Shown here: positions 42,282 to 51,858 of the stretch, one piece after another | Layout of the letters: every line of letters begins with the position of its first letter | Numbering within the stretch: position 1 is the first letter of the stretch | From: an uncultured Desulfatitalea sp. | GTDB taxonomy: Bacteria > Desulfobacterota > Desulfobacteria > Desulfobacterales > Desulfosarcinaceae | NCBI GenBank assembly: GCA_963668675.2 | Contig: CAXXMB010000002.1 | Location: 2,496,001-2,560,000 of the forward strand | Direction of reading: 5' to 3' | DNA length: 64,000 nt | Notes under the pieces: generated by a model | The model's input: the letters and a program-made list of their open reading frames with translations, nothing else | Told to the model about the DNA's origin: nothing | Database searches by the model: none | Position numbers and translations under genes: made by a program

Positions 42282-42390
42282 AAATGTGACACTTCCTCCT
42301 AAAGTTTGTGTCAGGAGGGGCGATAGAGAAATACAGAGGCTTCGCGGGGGAGCCTCTGGGATATATTTTATAATATATCTTCCTTTAGCC

Positions 42391-42426
42391 GGCGGGGCGG
42401 CTGCGGCAGCCGCCCCGTTTTTTTTG
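42391..42426 (+). terminator. Rho-independent terminator
   Basis: GGCGGGGCGGCTGCGGCAGCCGCCCCGTTTTTTTT. Confidence 0.85.
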
Positions 42427-42539
42427 TGCCAACGGCGGTTGGTGGTTTCAGGCCGCTGGTAATTGATAACCGCTGGAATATATGATACATTGCCCTCTGT
42501 TTGTTTTGTGGCGGTTTGATCTGTCATATAGGAGGTTCT

Positions 42540-43031
42540 TTGCCAAACGCCCGCGAACAGTGGAAAAACGGCCTTCAGGGACGACCGTCGTGGCTCTGGG
42601 TGCTCATGGCCATTCTGTCAATATCCTGCCTGGGAATGGGATCCCATCAAGGTGACACCGACAACGTGTTGACGATCGAGGCACTCTACAAGCTTTGCCA
42701 CCTTCCTGCCGACTGCAGCGCTCCGACAGATTGGGAGGGAGAGACCGTTATCTTTTCGGGCCGATTGGACCCTGCCAACATCTTTGACCGTCAGCACTAC
42801 CCCAAGTTACCCTACGAGAAGTTTCGCCTCATTGGCGCCAGCGGTCGCTCCGTGGAGATCTGGCCCGAAGCAGGGGACAACAGCACTATATTCAAAAAGT
42901 TATCCGCACGCTCGTCCGATGAGGCGACCGTGACCGGAAGACTCAAGGCAGTCAAGCTGCCAATTTCTAATGATTGCAAACTCGGCATCAAGGTGGTGAT
43001 CGATCATGCGGATCAAGTTGAATTCAAATAG
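42540..43031 (+). CDS. Exported hypothetical protein
   Basis: GGAGG RBS before TTG 42540; hydrophobic N-terminal segment; overlaps the protease gene. Confidence 0.6.
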   Translation: MPNAREQWKNGLQGRPSWLWVLMAILSISCLGMGSHQGDTDNVLTIEALYKLCHLPADCSAPTDWEGETVIFSGRLDPANIFDRQHYPKLPYEKFRLIGASGRSVEIWPEAGDNSTIFKKLSARSSDEATVTGRLKAVKLPISNDCKLGIKVVIDHADQVEFK

Positions 43032-44649
43032 CGGTTGGAGAGTATGGTGCGGTCCCCTCATTTTAGGGTTCATAATGAGCCTGATTATTCTGCCGGTTCC
43101 TTTTGGTTATTGCGATGAGGTAGACTTGGCAACTGCCCGCATTGTGGCGGAGAACACTTTAAAGCGTCACTTAGCACTCTACGGGAATTGGAACGGCACA
43201 TCCGAACCAGCTGTTGCAAATGGGCAGGTTGTATCCTACAAAGGTAGGCGCGTGGCCTACAATTTCTCTGTGATCCCTAGTGGTCATGTTCTCGTGGCGG
43301 TTGATGATTATCTCAGTCCGGTGCCGCTCTATTCTACGCGATCTTCCTTTGATACGAATCGCGCCGAGCAGCGAAATGCTATTGAATCCTGGATTATTCC
43401 AGAGACGTACGGCAAGGTGTCGGCTTTGTCCAATCTGCGGGTTAGGTCCATTGGAGATCCGACAGCCACATTTTATAGAAGTGAGCGGATATCCAAGGCT
43501 TGGGATTTTTACAAAAATGGAACTGCTGGAGCTACCAGACAAGACTCGCCAGATGAGGTCAAGACAGGTCAATCATCATTAATCCGTACAACCATCGTCG
43601 GGCCCCTACTGACAACAACCTGGGGGCAGCTCAGCCCCTACAACTCAATGACGCCTAGTGATACAGGATGTGTTCACACGCTTACCGGATGCGTGGCGAC
43701 TGCATGGGCCCAGGTGTTACGGTATTGGCAGTGGCCTGATAATGGCGTCGGGAGCCATAGTTACTCATGGGACGGCCAGGAGCTGACAGCCGATTTCTCC
43801 ACAGGTTACAACTGGGGAAATATGCCTGACGTGCTAGACAGCAACAGCACCTCAGATGAAGAACAGGCCGTTTCAGAACTTATGTATCATCTCGGAGTTT
43901 CCGCTGAAATGGATTATGGGTGTAGCGGTTCAGGCAGTTCTGCATATGCCGACACTGTTTTGGATATCTATTTTAGATACAAAGCAATGGATTACAGGGA
44001 TCGCGATGATTACTCTGCCGAAGAGTGGTTTGACCTGTTTAAAAATGAGCTGAATGCAAGTCCTCCGCGGCCGGTCATTTTCTCTATTTTTTCTCCTGGT
44101 GGTGGACACGAGGTGGTAGTAGATGGCTACAATGACGACGACAGCTCAAACCGCACACTTCATATCAACCTTGGTTGGTCAGGCTATGAAGATGGTTACT
44201 ACGACGTGTCCGACGACACCGATTTTGATGCCGGTGACTATGATTGGTACGTCGATCAAGATCAATATATAGTGATGTCAATCGAGCCTAATTATAACTC
44301 CCTGCCAATGGTTGACGCAGGCCTTGATCGAATAGTTGATGAAAGATCACGGGTTGACTTAGCTGGCAGTGCGTCCCATTCAACACTTTCCATCTCCTCT
44401 TACCAATGGCGTCAAGTGAAAGGCCCTTACGTTTATTTAGGAAACGACTCTTCAAATAGCCTTTCATTTAATGCGCCCAGCGTAAGTTCAACTACAGAGC
44501 TTGTCTTTCAATTCAAGGCTATCGATGAGGAGCGGGGCGTTGGATTTGACGAAATTTCCATAGACGTTCAAAATACAGACCCGCCGCCACAATCAATCGA
44601 TTCCGGTGGCGGTGGCGGCGGAGGCTGTTTCATATCCCATTTGCATTGA
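43006..44649 (+). CDS. C10 family (streptopain-like) cysteine protease with prodomain, PKD-like domain and Gly-rich CFI tail
   Basis: TTWGQLSPYN, TGCVATAWAQ (catalytic Cys), GHEVVVDGY (His), HINLGWSG; VDAGLDRIV...YQWRQVKGP; ends GGGGGGGCFISHLH. Confidence 0.88.
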   Translation: MRIKLNSNSGWRVWCGPLILGFIMSLIILPVPFGYCDEVDLATARIVAENTLKRHLALYGNWNGTSEPAVANGQVVSYKGRRVAYNFSVIPSGHVLVAVDDYLSPVPLYSTRSSFDTNRAEQRNAIESWIIPETYGKVSALSNLRVRSIGDPTATFYRSERISKAWDFYKNGTAGATRQDSPDEVKTGQSSLIRTTIVGPLLTTTWGQLSPYNSMTPSDTGCVHTLTGCVATAWAQVLRYWQWPDNGVGSHSYSWDGQELTADFSTGYNWGNMPDVLDSNSTSDEEQAVSELMYHLGVSAEMDYGCSGSGSSAYADTVLDIYFRYKAMDYRDRDDYSAEEWFDLFKNELNASPPRPVIFSIFSPGGGHEVVVDGYNDDDSSNRTLHINLGWSGYEDGYYDVSDDTDFDAGDYDWYVDQDQYIVMSIEPNYNSLPMVDAGLDRIVDERSRVDLAGSASHSTLSISSYQWRQVKGPYVYLGNDSSNSLSFNAPSVSSTTELVFQFKAIDEERGVGFDEISIDVQNTDPPPQSIDSGGGGGGGCFISHLH

Positions 44650-44699
44650 TCGGTTCATTCAGTTCCTCCTTTACCAAGCTTTTCAGATCATCTTCCCGA

Positions 44700-44729
44700 T
44701 GGCCCCACAGGCTCAGTCTTGTGGGGCCA
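44700..44729. terminator. Hairpin after the protease gene
   Basis: TGGCCCCACAGG-CTCAG-TCTTGTGGGGCCA. Confidence 0.55.
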
Positions 44730-44777
44730 AGGCATTCAGTTCCGATCTATCCCCATCAATTTCGATCCATTCCAAGC

Positions 44778-44805
44778 TAAAGTTTTGAGCGCTCAGCGCC
44801 GATAT
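44778..44805 (+). promoter_or_regulatory. Sigma28 (FliA)-type promoter
   Basis: TAAAGTTT-12 bp-GCCGATAT, versus consensus TAAAGTTT-N11-GCCGATAA. Confidence 0.6.
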
Positions 44806-44917
44806 ATATTCAGTATTTTTTCTTCATAAATCTGCCAGGTGAACGGAAGCTACCTTTTTGTTCGAATGAGGCGGATTGAAGAGTGGAACGAAACAACTGA
44901 GGTTTGATTGGGTTTTC

Positions 44918-45415
44918 ATGCGGTTGCCGGTTCGAGACAATAGCCAATCGTTAAAGTGGAATAGTGGCGCAAAGGCCTTTTCCCTGATCGAACTCATGGT
45001 GGTCATCGCCATTGTGAGCATTCTGGCAGCCATTGCGGTGCCGTCCTTTGCCGCTTACCGCGAGCGGGCAATGGTGGCCGTCTGCATCACGGATATCGGT
45101 ACCATCGCTAAGGAGATTTCCGCGTTTTCTATTGATAACGATCGCTTGCCGGAAACTCTCGCAGAGGCCGGCTGGGGAGGCAAAATGGACCCGTGGGGCA
45201 ATCCGTATCAATATCTGAAGATCGACGGCGCTGCGAAGAGTGTGAAAGGCAAGGCGCGTAAAGACCGCTTTCTGGTCCCCATCAATACCGATTTCGATCT
45301 CTACAGCATGGGGCCCGATGGTCTGTCGGTAGGACCTTTGACCGCTCCGCAGAGTCAGGATGACATCATTCGGGCCAGTGACGGGAGCTTCATAGGACGA
45401 GCGAGTCATTTTTAA
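44918..45415 (+). CDS. Prepilin-type (GspG/PilA-like) N-methylation domain protein
   Basis: KA|FSLIELMVVIAIVSILAAIAVP; DPWGNPYQY and DLYSMGPDG as in GspG; start uncertain. Confidence 0.85.
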   Translation: MRLPVRDNSQSLKWNSGAKAFSLIELMVVIAIVSILAAIAVPSFAAYRERAMVAVCITDIGTIAKEISAFSIDNDRLPETLAEAGWGGKMDPWGNPYQYLKIDGAAKSVKGKARKDRFLVPINTDFDLYSMGPDGLSVGPLTAPQSQDDIIRASDGSFIGRASHF

Positions 45416-45433
45416 CCGATAATCACGAGATGG

Positions 45434-47632
45434 TTGAAAAGCGTGCGACTGGATTCAAAACTATTCAAGAGCAAACTGGCATGGCGCTTTTTTGGCCTGT
45501 TCATCGTCTGTGCTTTTGTTCCCATTCTGGCCATGGCGCTGATGGCCCATACCCATGTGGCCGGCCAGCTTGAAGCCCAGGCATACGAGCGTTTAAAGGG
45601 CTATGCCAAATCCCACGGCATGTCGATTATAGAACATTTGATTTTGGCCAAGGGGCAACTGAAGCTGCTGGAGCCCGCTTTGACAGGTGGCACCTGGAGT
45701 GGTGTGCAGCATGATTACGCCTCATGGGAGAGGGAAAGCGGCAGCCACCATTTCAGCCGGTTGGGGATCTATTCCCAAGGTCGCTACCGCGCCCTGTTGG
45801 GTGCCTCCATCTCTGCTGATACCATATCAGATGCAATTGAGGGATTGAAAGCCGAGGAGGGCACCACCCTGCTCGTATTGCCCACGGAAGAGGCGTCTCC
45901 TGAGATCGCCCTGGTCCGCCGGGTAGCATCACAGCCGGCAGAAGCCGGTGGCCCCAACTATCTGGTCGGGGTGCTGAATCCGGGTTTCTTATGGGGAATG
46001 GATAGCGGTACGATTCTGCCGTCAGCCATCCAATGGAGTGTGTGGGACTATCGACAGACCAATCTGTTCAGCACCCTTCCCCAAGATGAACAGGCACCTA
46101 TCGTTTCATTTATCGCGATGGACAGTGGCGGGCATGCCGGGAATGCTGCCTTGCCCCTGCCCTCCGACAATTACCTGGCCGGCTATTGGTCTATGTTCAT
46201 CAAGCCCCAGTTCCATACGCCCCGGTGGTTCGTAGTGGTGATGGAGCCCAGATATAAAGTCATGGCTCCTTTTTATAGATTCCAGAACTTTTTCCCGCTG
46301 GTCGTTTTGATAACGCTTGGCATTGTCTTGCTGCTCAGTAGCGTGGCCATACGGAAAAGCCTGGTTCCCATCGATTCGCTGCTCCAGGGGGCGCGGCAGG
46401 TCGCCCAAGGACGCTTCATCCATCGGGTGGAGGTGGCGAGCCGGGATGAATTCCACGATCTTGCCCAAGCGTTCAACCGTATGTCGGGACAACTGGACAA
46501 GCAGTTCAAAGCGCAATCGGCCCGGTCGGATGTCGATCGCGCCATCCTTTCACTGCTCGATGCCGAGGCGATTGTTTTTAAGATACTCCCCAGTCTGAAT
46601 CTGTTTTTCCCATGTGTTGCAGGGGCCATAACGCTTTTGGATGAGAAGAATCCTGCCCAGGGGCACATCTATTCGGAAGGTTCAAACGGATTGGCCCCCA
46701 GAGTGCGCAAGTGCCATATCTCAAGCGATGCCCAGGCGCTATTGAGCGATCATCCCAACTGGATGGAGATTTCCGATGCCTCATCACCACTCTCATTTTT
46801 ATGGGAGGTAGAGGCTGGGGGCGCTGCCATGTGGATCGTGCTGCCGGTTTACCATCACAAAAGGCCAATTGCGCTGGTTTGCTTTGCCTGCTCCGATCGA
46901 AATGAATTTACTGCAGACGATTTGGAACATGCCGACCAACTCACCCATCAGTTGGCTGTGGCCCTCTCCAATGCAGCATTGATTAGTGAACTTAAAAATC
47001 TCAACCTGGGAACGTTGAATGCACTGGCGCGCACCGTCGACGCCAAATCGCCTTGGACGGCGGGCCATTCTGAGCGGGTGATGCAGATGTCCCTCCAGCT
47101 CGGCAGAACCATGGGGCTTTCAACCGATCAGCTCGATGACATCCATAGCGCTGCCTTGTTGCACGACATCGGCAAGATTGGAATTCCGGTCTCCATTCTC
47201 GATAAAAAGGATCCCTTGACCGATGATGAATTCGATAAGATCCGAACACACCCATCACTTGGTGCCCGGATCCTTGACCCGATTGCATCCTATCGACGGC
47301 TGATACCCATCGTGGAGCAGCATCACGAGAGATATGACGGGAAAGGTTATCCCAAAAGGCTTGCCGGAGAGGCGATTCATGTGTCGGCCAGAATAATGGC
47401 AGTGGCCGATGCCTATGATGCCATGGTTTCTGACCGTCCCTATCGCCGGGGCATGCCGGTGGAAAAGGTGCGACGCATCATCCGTGAGGAGTCCGGGCGA
47501 CAGTTCGATCCTGAAGTGGTGAAAGCTTTCGAACTGGTAGTGGCCAGAAAATTTCCGCTGTCCATTGTGGCCGGGGGCAACAGCTCCGCTGCCCCGGTGT
47601 CGATGACGCCGAAGGCAGCCCAGGCGAGGTGA
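45434..47632 (+). CDS. Membrane-bound HAMP/GAF/HD-GYP cyclic-dinucleotide phosphodiesterase
   Basis: Two TMs, HAMP (RDEFHDLAQAFNRM), GHSERV, LHDIGKIG, HHERYDGKGYP, VADAYDAM, RPYR. Confidence 0.9.
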   Translation: MKSVRLDSKLFKSKLAWRFFGLFIVCAFVPILAMALMAHTHVAGQLEAQAYERLKGYAKSHGMSIIEHLILAKGQLKLLEPALTGGTWSGVQHDYASWERESGSHHFSRLGIYSQGRYRALLGASISADTISDAIEGLKAEEGTTLLVLPTEEASPEIALVRRVASQPAEAGGPNYLVGVLNPGFLWGMDSGTILPSAIQWSVWDYRQTNLFSTLPQDEQAPIVSFIAMDSGGHAGNAALPLPSDNYLAGYWSMFIKPQFHTPRWFVVVMEPRYKVMAPFYRFQNFFPLVVLITLGIVLLLSSVAIRKSLVPIDSLLQGARQVAQGRFIHRVEVASRDEFHDLAQAFNRMSGQLDKQFKAQSARSDVDRAILSLLDAEAIVFKILPSLNLFFPCVAGAITLLDEKNPAQGHIYSEGSNGLAPRVRKCHISSDAQALLSDHPNWMEISDASSPLSFLWEVEAGGAAMWIVLPVYHHKRPIALVCFACSDRNEFTADDLEHADQLTHQLAVALSNAALISELKNLNLGTLNALARTVDAKSPWTAGHSERVMQMSLQLGRTMGLSTDQLDDIHSAALLHDIGKIGIPVSILDKKDPLTDDEFDKIRTHPSLGARILDPIASYRRLIPIVEQHHERYDGKGYPKRLAGEAIHVSARIMAVADAYDAMVSDRPYRRGMPVEKVRRIIREESGRQFDPEVVKAFELVVARKFPLSIVAGGNSSAAPVSMTPKAAQAR

Positions 47633-48048
47633 AACGCATCATGAATCGGTCAAATATCAGATACGCCACATTGATGAAACTGGGATCGGGGTTGCTTTTG
47701 CTTCTGGTCCTGCTTTCCGCCTGCCAGAGGGAGTATATCCCCAAGGGTATGGTGGCCGCATGGGTAAGTGAAAATAAACGATACCTGGGCTGTTATCTGC
47801 TCATTTCTCCAGATGAGATTACGCTCGGTGCGGCCGACGCAACCATGCACGACTATGATGTTCGGAAAGTGAAGAGCAGGAAGCGCGGTGGCCAATTGGA
47901 TGTCGCCATAACAGCGATCGACGATCAGCAGATGGAGGTCACTTTTTCGCTCATCTTTCAGCCGGACAAGGATGACGGCATCCTCTATTTTGAAAATCAA
48001 CCCGATGTGGTCTGGCAACGCAGCGCCTACCTCTCTCCTCTCTATTAA
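47629..48048 (+). CDS. Hypothetical lipoprotein
   Basis: Lipobox LSAC; GTGA overlap with the HD-GYP gene. Confidence 0.65.
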   Translation: MKRIMNRSNIRYATLMKLGSGLLLLLVLLSACQREYIPKGMVAAWVSENKRYLGCYLLISPDEITLGAADATMHDYDVRKVKSRKRGGQLDVAITAIDDQQMEVTFSLIFQPDKDDGILYFENQPDVVWQRSAYLSPLY

Positions 48049-48147
48049 TACTTTCGATTTCAGATCATCCCGTTTCGGGCGGATTTTGAAGAAATGCCGC
48101 TGCCATTTAAGATTGATCTTGGATGCGACCTCATGTCATAAATCCTC

Positions 48148-49368
48148 ATGTCCAATCGTTTTCTCATAGGTGTTGAGGGGGCTTTGCAACTGGTTCTGGC
48201 GCAGATGCGACCACTGGCCGTCCAAGCGGTGGCCTTGGCTGATGCAGTAGATCGCATTGCGGCTGACGATCTGCGGGCCAGGGTGGACGCCCCCTCGGTT
48301 GACGCATCGCTCCGGGATGGCTATGCTGTGTTTTCGTGCGACCTGGGCGCTGCCGAACCGGAACATCCGGTGCGATTGAGGCTGGACGGCCTTGCCGCCG
48401 CAGGCGGTACCCGGAAAGATGAAGTGGTGCCAGGGAGCACGGTGCGGATCCTGACCGGGGCCAAGGTGCCTGGGGGCGCAGATGCGGTGGTGGCCGAGGA
48501 GGAGATTGCGGTTGAAGATGGCCAAGTCGTTTTCACCGCACCTGCCGGGACGGGCGCATGGATTTTGGCCAAAGGGGCAGAAGTGGCCGTCGGTGATCGC
48601 GTGGTACAGGCCGGCGACGTGCTTTCACCGGCCAGGGTCGGTTTGCTGGCTGCCGCCGGATACCGTCGCGTTCGGGTGATCGGGCGTCCTGTTGTGACTG
48701 TTGCGGCCATTGGGGATGAGGTTGTCGCACCGGGAGAGCCCCTGGCGGAGGGTCACCTTTATGCCAGTAACATGGTCTCCCTCTGCGCATGGTGCCGCCG
48801 TTACGGCTGGCCGTTGCAGGCGGTCATTGTCAGGGACGAACCGAAGGCGATCGAGCGTGCCTTGCTGGACGGGGTGAAACGGAGCGATGCCATCATCACC
48901 AGCGGCGGCGCCTGGAGCGGAGACCGGGACCTGGTGGCCGATGCCCTCGAACGGCTCGGGTGGCGGCAGCTTTTTCGCACTATCCGCATGGCCCCGGGCA
49001 AAGGAACGGCGTTTGGTTTTCTGCAGGAGAAGCCGGTTTTCATGCTTCCTGGTGGTCCGCCGGCCGCCTTGATCGGTTTTTTGCAGATTGCCCTGCCGGG
49101 TCTCCTGAGGCTTGGTGGGTTTAAAGAGACAGGGTTGCCCCGAGCCGAGGCGCGTTTGAGTTCAGACCTGATCGCCCGCAACCGCGAGTGGACGCAGTTT
49201 GTCTTCGGCCGGCTGAGGGCGGACGATTCGGCTTACCCCATCTTCGATCTCCTGCCCCGCGGAAGTCGATTGGCGACTATGGCTCAAGCCGATGCCCTGG
49301 CGGCCATCCCCGAGGACGTAGTGAAGCTGCCGGCCGGATCGTTGGTGCATGTACAATTGCTGAACTAA
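48148..49368 (+). CDS. moeA: Molybdopterin molybdotransferase
   Basis: SLRDGYAV, ILTGAKVPGGADAVV, TSGGAWSGDRD, PGK, LPGGP. Confidence 0.92.
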   Translation: MSNRFLIGVEGALQLVLAQMRPLAVQAVALADAVDRIAADDLRARVDAPSVDASLRDGYAVFSCDLGAAEPEHPVRLRLDGLAAAGGTRKDEVVPGSTVRILTGAKVPGGADAVVAEEEIAVEDGQVVFTAPAGTGAWILAKGAEVAVGDRVVQAGDVLSPARVGLLAAAGYRRVRVIGRPVVTVAAIGDEVVAPGEPLAEGHLYASNMVSLCAWCRRYGWPLQAVIVRDEPKAIERALLDGVKRSDAIITSGGAWSGDRDLVADALERLGWRQLFRTIRMAPGKGTAFGFLQEKPVFMLPGGPPAALIGFLQIALPGLLRLGGFKETGLPRAEARLSSDLIARNREWTQFVFGRLRADDSAYPIFDLLPRGSRLATMAQADALAAIPEDVVKLPAGSLVHVQLLN

Positions 49369-49421
49369 GGGCTCAGCTTTAACAGGCGATATCAGCCTGT
49401 GAGGAGCAAAACGATACACCC

Positions 49422-50426
49422 ATGACATACATTAACCCACAGCACCATCTCACCGATATCCACCATCGCCGCATCAGCTATCTGCGTGTCTCCGTCACCG
49501 ACCGCTGCAACCTGCGCTGCCGCTACTGCATGACCAGCCATACCCGCTGGCTGCCCAAAGGCCACATTCTTACCCTGGAAGAGATCCATCGCATGGTGCG
49601 CATCGGAGCGGAGCTTGGAATTACCAAGGTTCGCCTCACCGGTGGCGAGCCCCTCTGCCGCAAAGGGATTGTGGGGCTGGTCGAGCAGATTTGCACGGTG
49701 CCGGGCATCGAAGATGTTGCATTGACCACCAACGGCACGCTCCTGGCTGAAAAGGCGTTGCCGTTGAAGCGCGCCGGTCTGAAACGGATCAATATCAGCC
49801 TGGACACCACCGATGGCCGGGCCTTCGAATATCTGACCGGCAAAGATCTGCTGCACGCCGTCTGGCAAGGGATCATGGCCGCCCAGAAAATCGGATTCGA
49901 TCCGATTAAAATCAACACCGTGGCCATGCGAGGGCGCAACGAAGATCAGATTGAAGCGCTGGCCGATCTCTCTCGCCAATACCCTTTCCACGTCCGCTTT
50001 ATCGAGTATATGCCCATCGGAACCGATCCCCGTGCCTCCGAAAAGTATTTTATCTCCATTGCCGAGATTGAGAGCCGTCTTCAAAAGATGGGGGCGTTAG
50101 AGCCCATCCCGCGTGGAAAATCGGATGGCCCGGCTCTGCGATACCGCTTTGCCGATGCACCGGGTGAGGTAGGCCTGATCGGTTCGATGAGTGCACATTT
50201 CTGCGGTCGCTGTAATCGGATGCGGCTTACCGCTGACGGCCACCTGAGACCCTGCCTGCTTTCCGACGAAGAGGTCAACGTGATCGACGCCCTGCGCCAA
50301 GGGGCCGGCGATGATGAGATCGCCGGCATCTATGCCCGGGCCGTGGCCATGAAAAAGGGGGGGCACCAGCTCGACTTTTCCGGGAGCCGTTCGTTGAACA
50401 GCAAGATGGCCAGCATTGGAGGATAG
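49422..50426 (+). CDS. moaA: GTP 3',8-cyclase
   Basis: YLRVSVTDRCNLRCRYC, FCGRCNRMRLT, C-terminal IGG. Confidence 0.96.
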   Translation: MTYINPQHHLTDIHHRRISYLRVSVTDRCNLRCRYCMTSHTRWLPKGHILTLEEIHRMVRIGAELGITKVRLTGGEPLCRKGIVGLVEQICTVPGIEDVALTTNGTLLAEKALPLKRAGLKRINISLDTTDGRAFEYLTGKDLLHAVWQGIMAAQKIGFDPIKINTVAMRGRNEDQIEALADLSRQYPFHVRFIEYMPIGTDPRASEKYFISIAEIESRLQKMGALEPIPRGKSDGPALRYRFADAPGEVGLIGSMSAHFCGRCNRMRLTADGHLRPCLLSDEEVNVIDALRQGAGDDEIAGIYARAVAMKKGGHQLDFSGSRSLNSKMASIGG

Positions 50427-50431
50427 GACCG

Positions 50432-51049
50432 GTGCAACCCGGCCAGGACAACCCAAGCTGTTGTGCCGTCATTTTGGCCGGCGGTCTGAACACGCGCATG
50501 GACGGACGCAACAAGGCCTTTCTCGAAGTCGGTGGCCAAACCATTCTGGCGCGGTTGATCGCCACCCTGCAGCCCATCTTTCCACAAATTTTACTGGTGA
50601 CCCGCCAGCCGGAGCACTATGAAGATGTTCCGTTGCGCGTCGTACAGGATCTCTACTCGGCGCGCTCATCGCTCACCGGCATACATGCCGGGTTGAAACA
50701 TGCCGACACCGAACACGCACTGATAATCCCCTGCGACGCGCCCTTTTTGCAGCCGCAATTGATTCGACTGCTGCTCGGAGAGATCGATGCCAATACGGAT
50801 GCGGTTGTGCCACGCATCAAAGGTTACTACGAGCCGCTCTGTGCGATCTACTCCAAGCGTTGCCTGGCGCCCATCACGTCTCAGTTGCACAGGGGACAAT
50901 ATAAGATCACACGTTTTTTCGATCTGATTCGTCTGAAGATCGTGTCCGAAGAGAAGATCCAACAGGTCGACCCGAAAATGCTCTCCTTCCTCAACGTCAA
51001 CACCCCCGAAGCCCTGAAAACCATCCTGGACATGTATCCCGAAAGCTGA
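50432..51049 (+). CDS. mobA: Molybdenum cofactor guanylyltransferase
   Basis: LAGGLNTRMDG.NKA, PCDAPF, EPLCAIY, NVNTPE. Confidence 0.93.
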   Translation: MQPGQDNPSCCAVILAGGLNTRMDGRNKAFLEVGGQTILARLIATLQPIFPQILLVTRQPEHYEDVPLRVVQDLYSARSSLTGIHAGLKHADTEHALIIPCDAPFLQPQLIRLLLGEIDANTDAVVPRIKGYYEPLCAIYSKRCLAPITSQLHRGQYKITRFFDLIRLKIVSEEKIQQVDPKMLSFLNVNTPEALKTILDMYPES

Positions 51050-51052
51050 TCG

Positions 51053-51553
51053 CTACCTCTTGAGAAAGCGCTCTTCGATGAAATCGGCAATCGATGGAAT
51101 ATCGTTGACGTCAAATTGGGGCACGCCGAGATCGATGGGGATGTCGGAGACGATGGCCACCAGATGGTTGGAGGTGTTTTCGGTATGCAGGGGCGTGCGG
51201 TGGGCGGCGCTGCGGAACACCTCGATCTTCGGCATATCGCCTCTCTTATATCCCTCGGTCAGCACCAGATCCCTGTCTCCGAAGAACTCGGAGACGATAT
51301 CGTCCAGACGGTACTCTTCGGCAACATCTTTGACCATGGCAATTTTACGGGTCGAGGAGATAACCACCGTGCTGGCGCCGGCCTGCTTGTGGCGCCAGGA
51401 GTCCTTCCCCTCCCGGTCGATGTCGAAGCCGTGAACGTCGTGCTTGATGGTCCCCACCTGATAGCCCCGCCGGCACAGCTCGGGGATCAGTTTTTCCAAC
51501 AAAGTGGTCTTTCCGGAATTCTTCTTGCTCACGATGGAGACGACGGGTGGCAT
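51053..51553 (-). CDS. mobB: Molybdopterin-guanine dinucleotide biosynthesis protein B
   Basis: NSGKTTL, IKHDVHGFDIDREGKDS, EGYK. Confidence 0.94.
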   Translation of the reverse strand: MPPVVSIVSKKNSGKTTLLEKLIPELCRRGYQVGTIKHDVHGFDIDREGKDSWRHKQAGASTVVISSTRKIAMVKDVAEEYRLDDIVSEFFGDRDLVLTEGYKRGDMPKIEVFRSAAHRTPLHTENTSNHLVAIVSDIPIDLGVPQFDVNDIPSIADFIEERFLKR

Positions 51554-51858
51554 GATTCGGTCCTCAAGTTATCGCTCCGAGATTCCGTTTTAACCAAGGT
51601 ACATCCAGAGCAAAGAGATAATCGTTTTCGATCGAGCCCATATCCTCGATGACGGGGTCGTTGGTTCAAGCCGATTCTATAGCACTACGCTTCAGCCTTT
51701 GCCAGCCCGTTGACGTTTCTCTGCTGAGTCGATTCGGGCAGTGGCCTTGTGCCAATGCCAGTGCGGACTGCGGGCTCGACCATTTTTTACCTTAATTGAT
51801 GCGCGCAGGTGTGATATAGCCAGCCTGCCAAATGGATACCCGTACTTTAGAGGATCGT

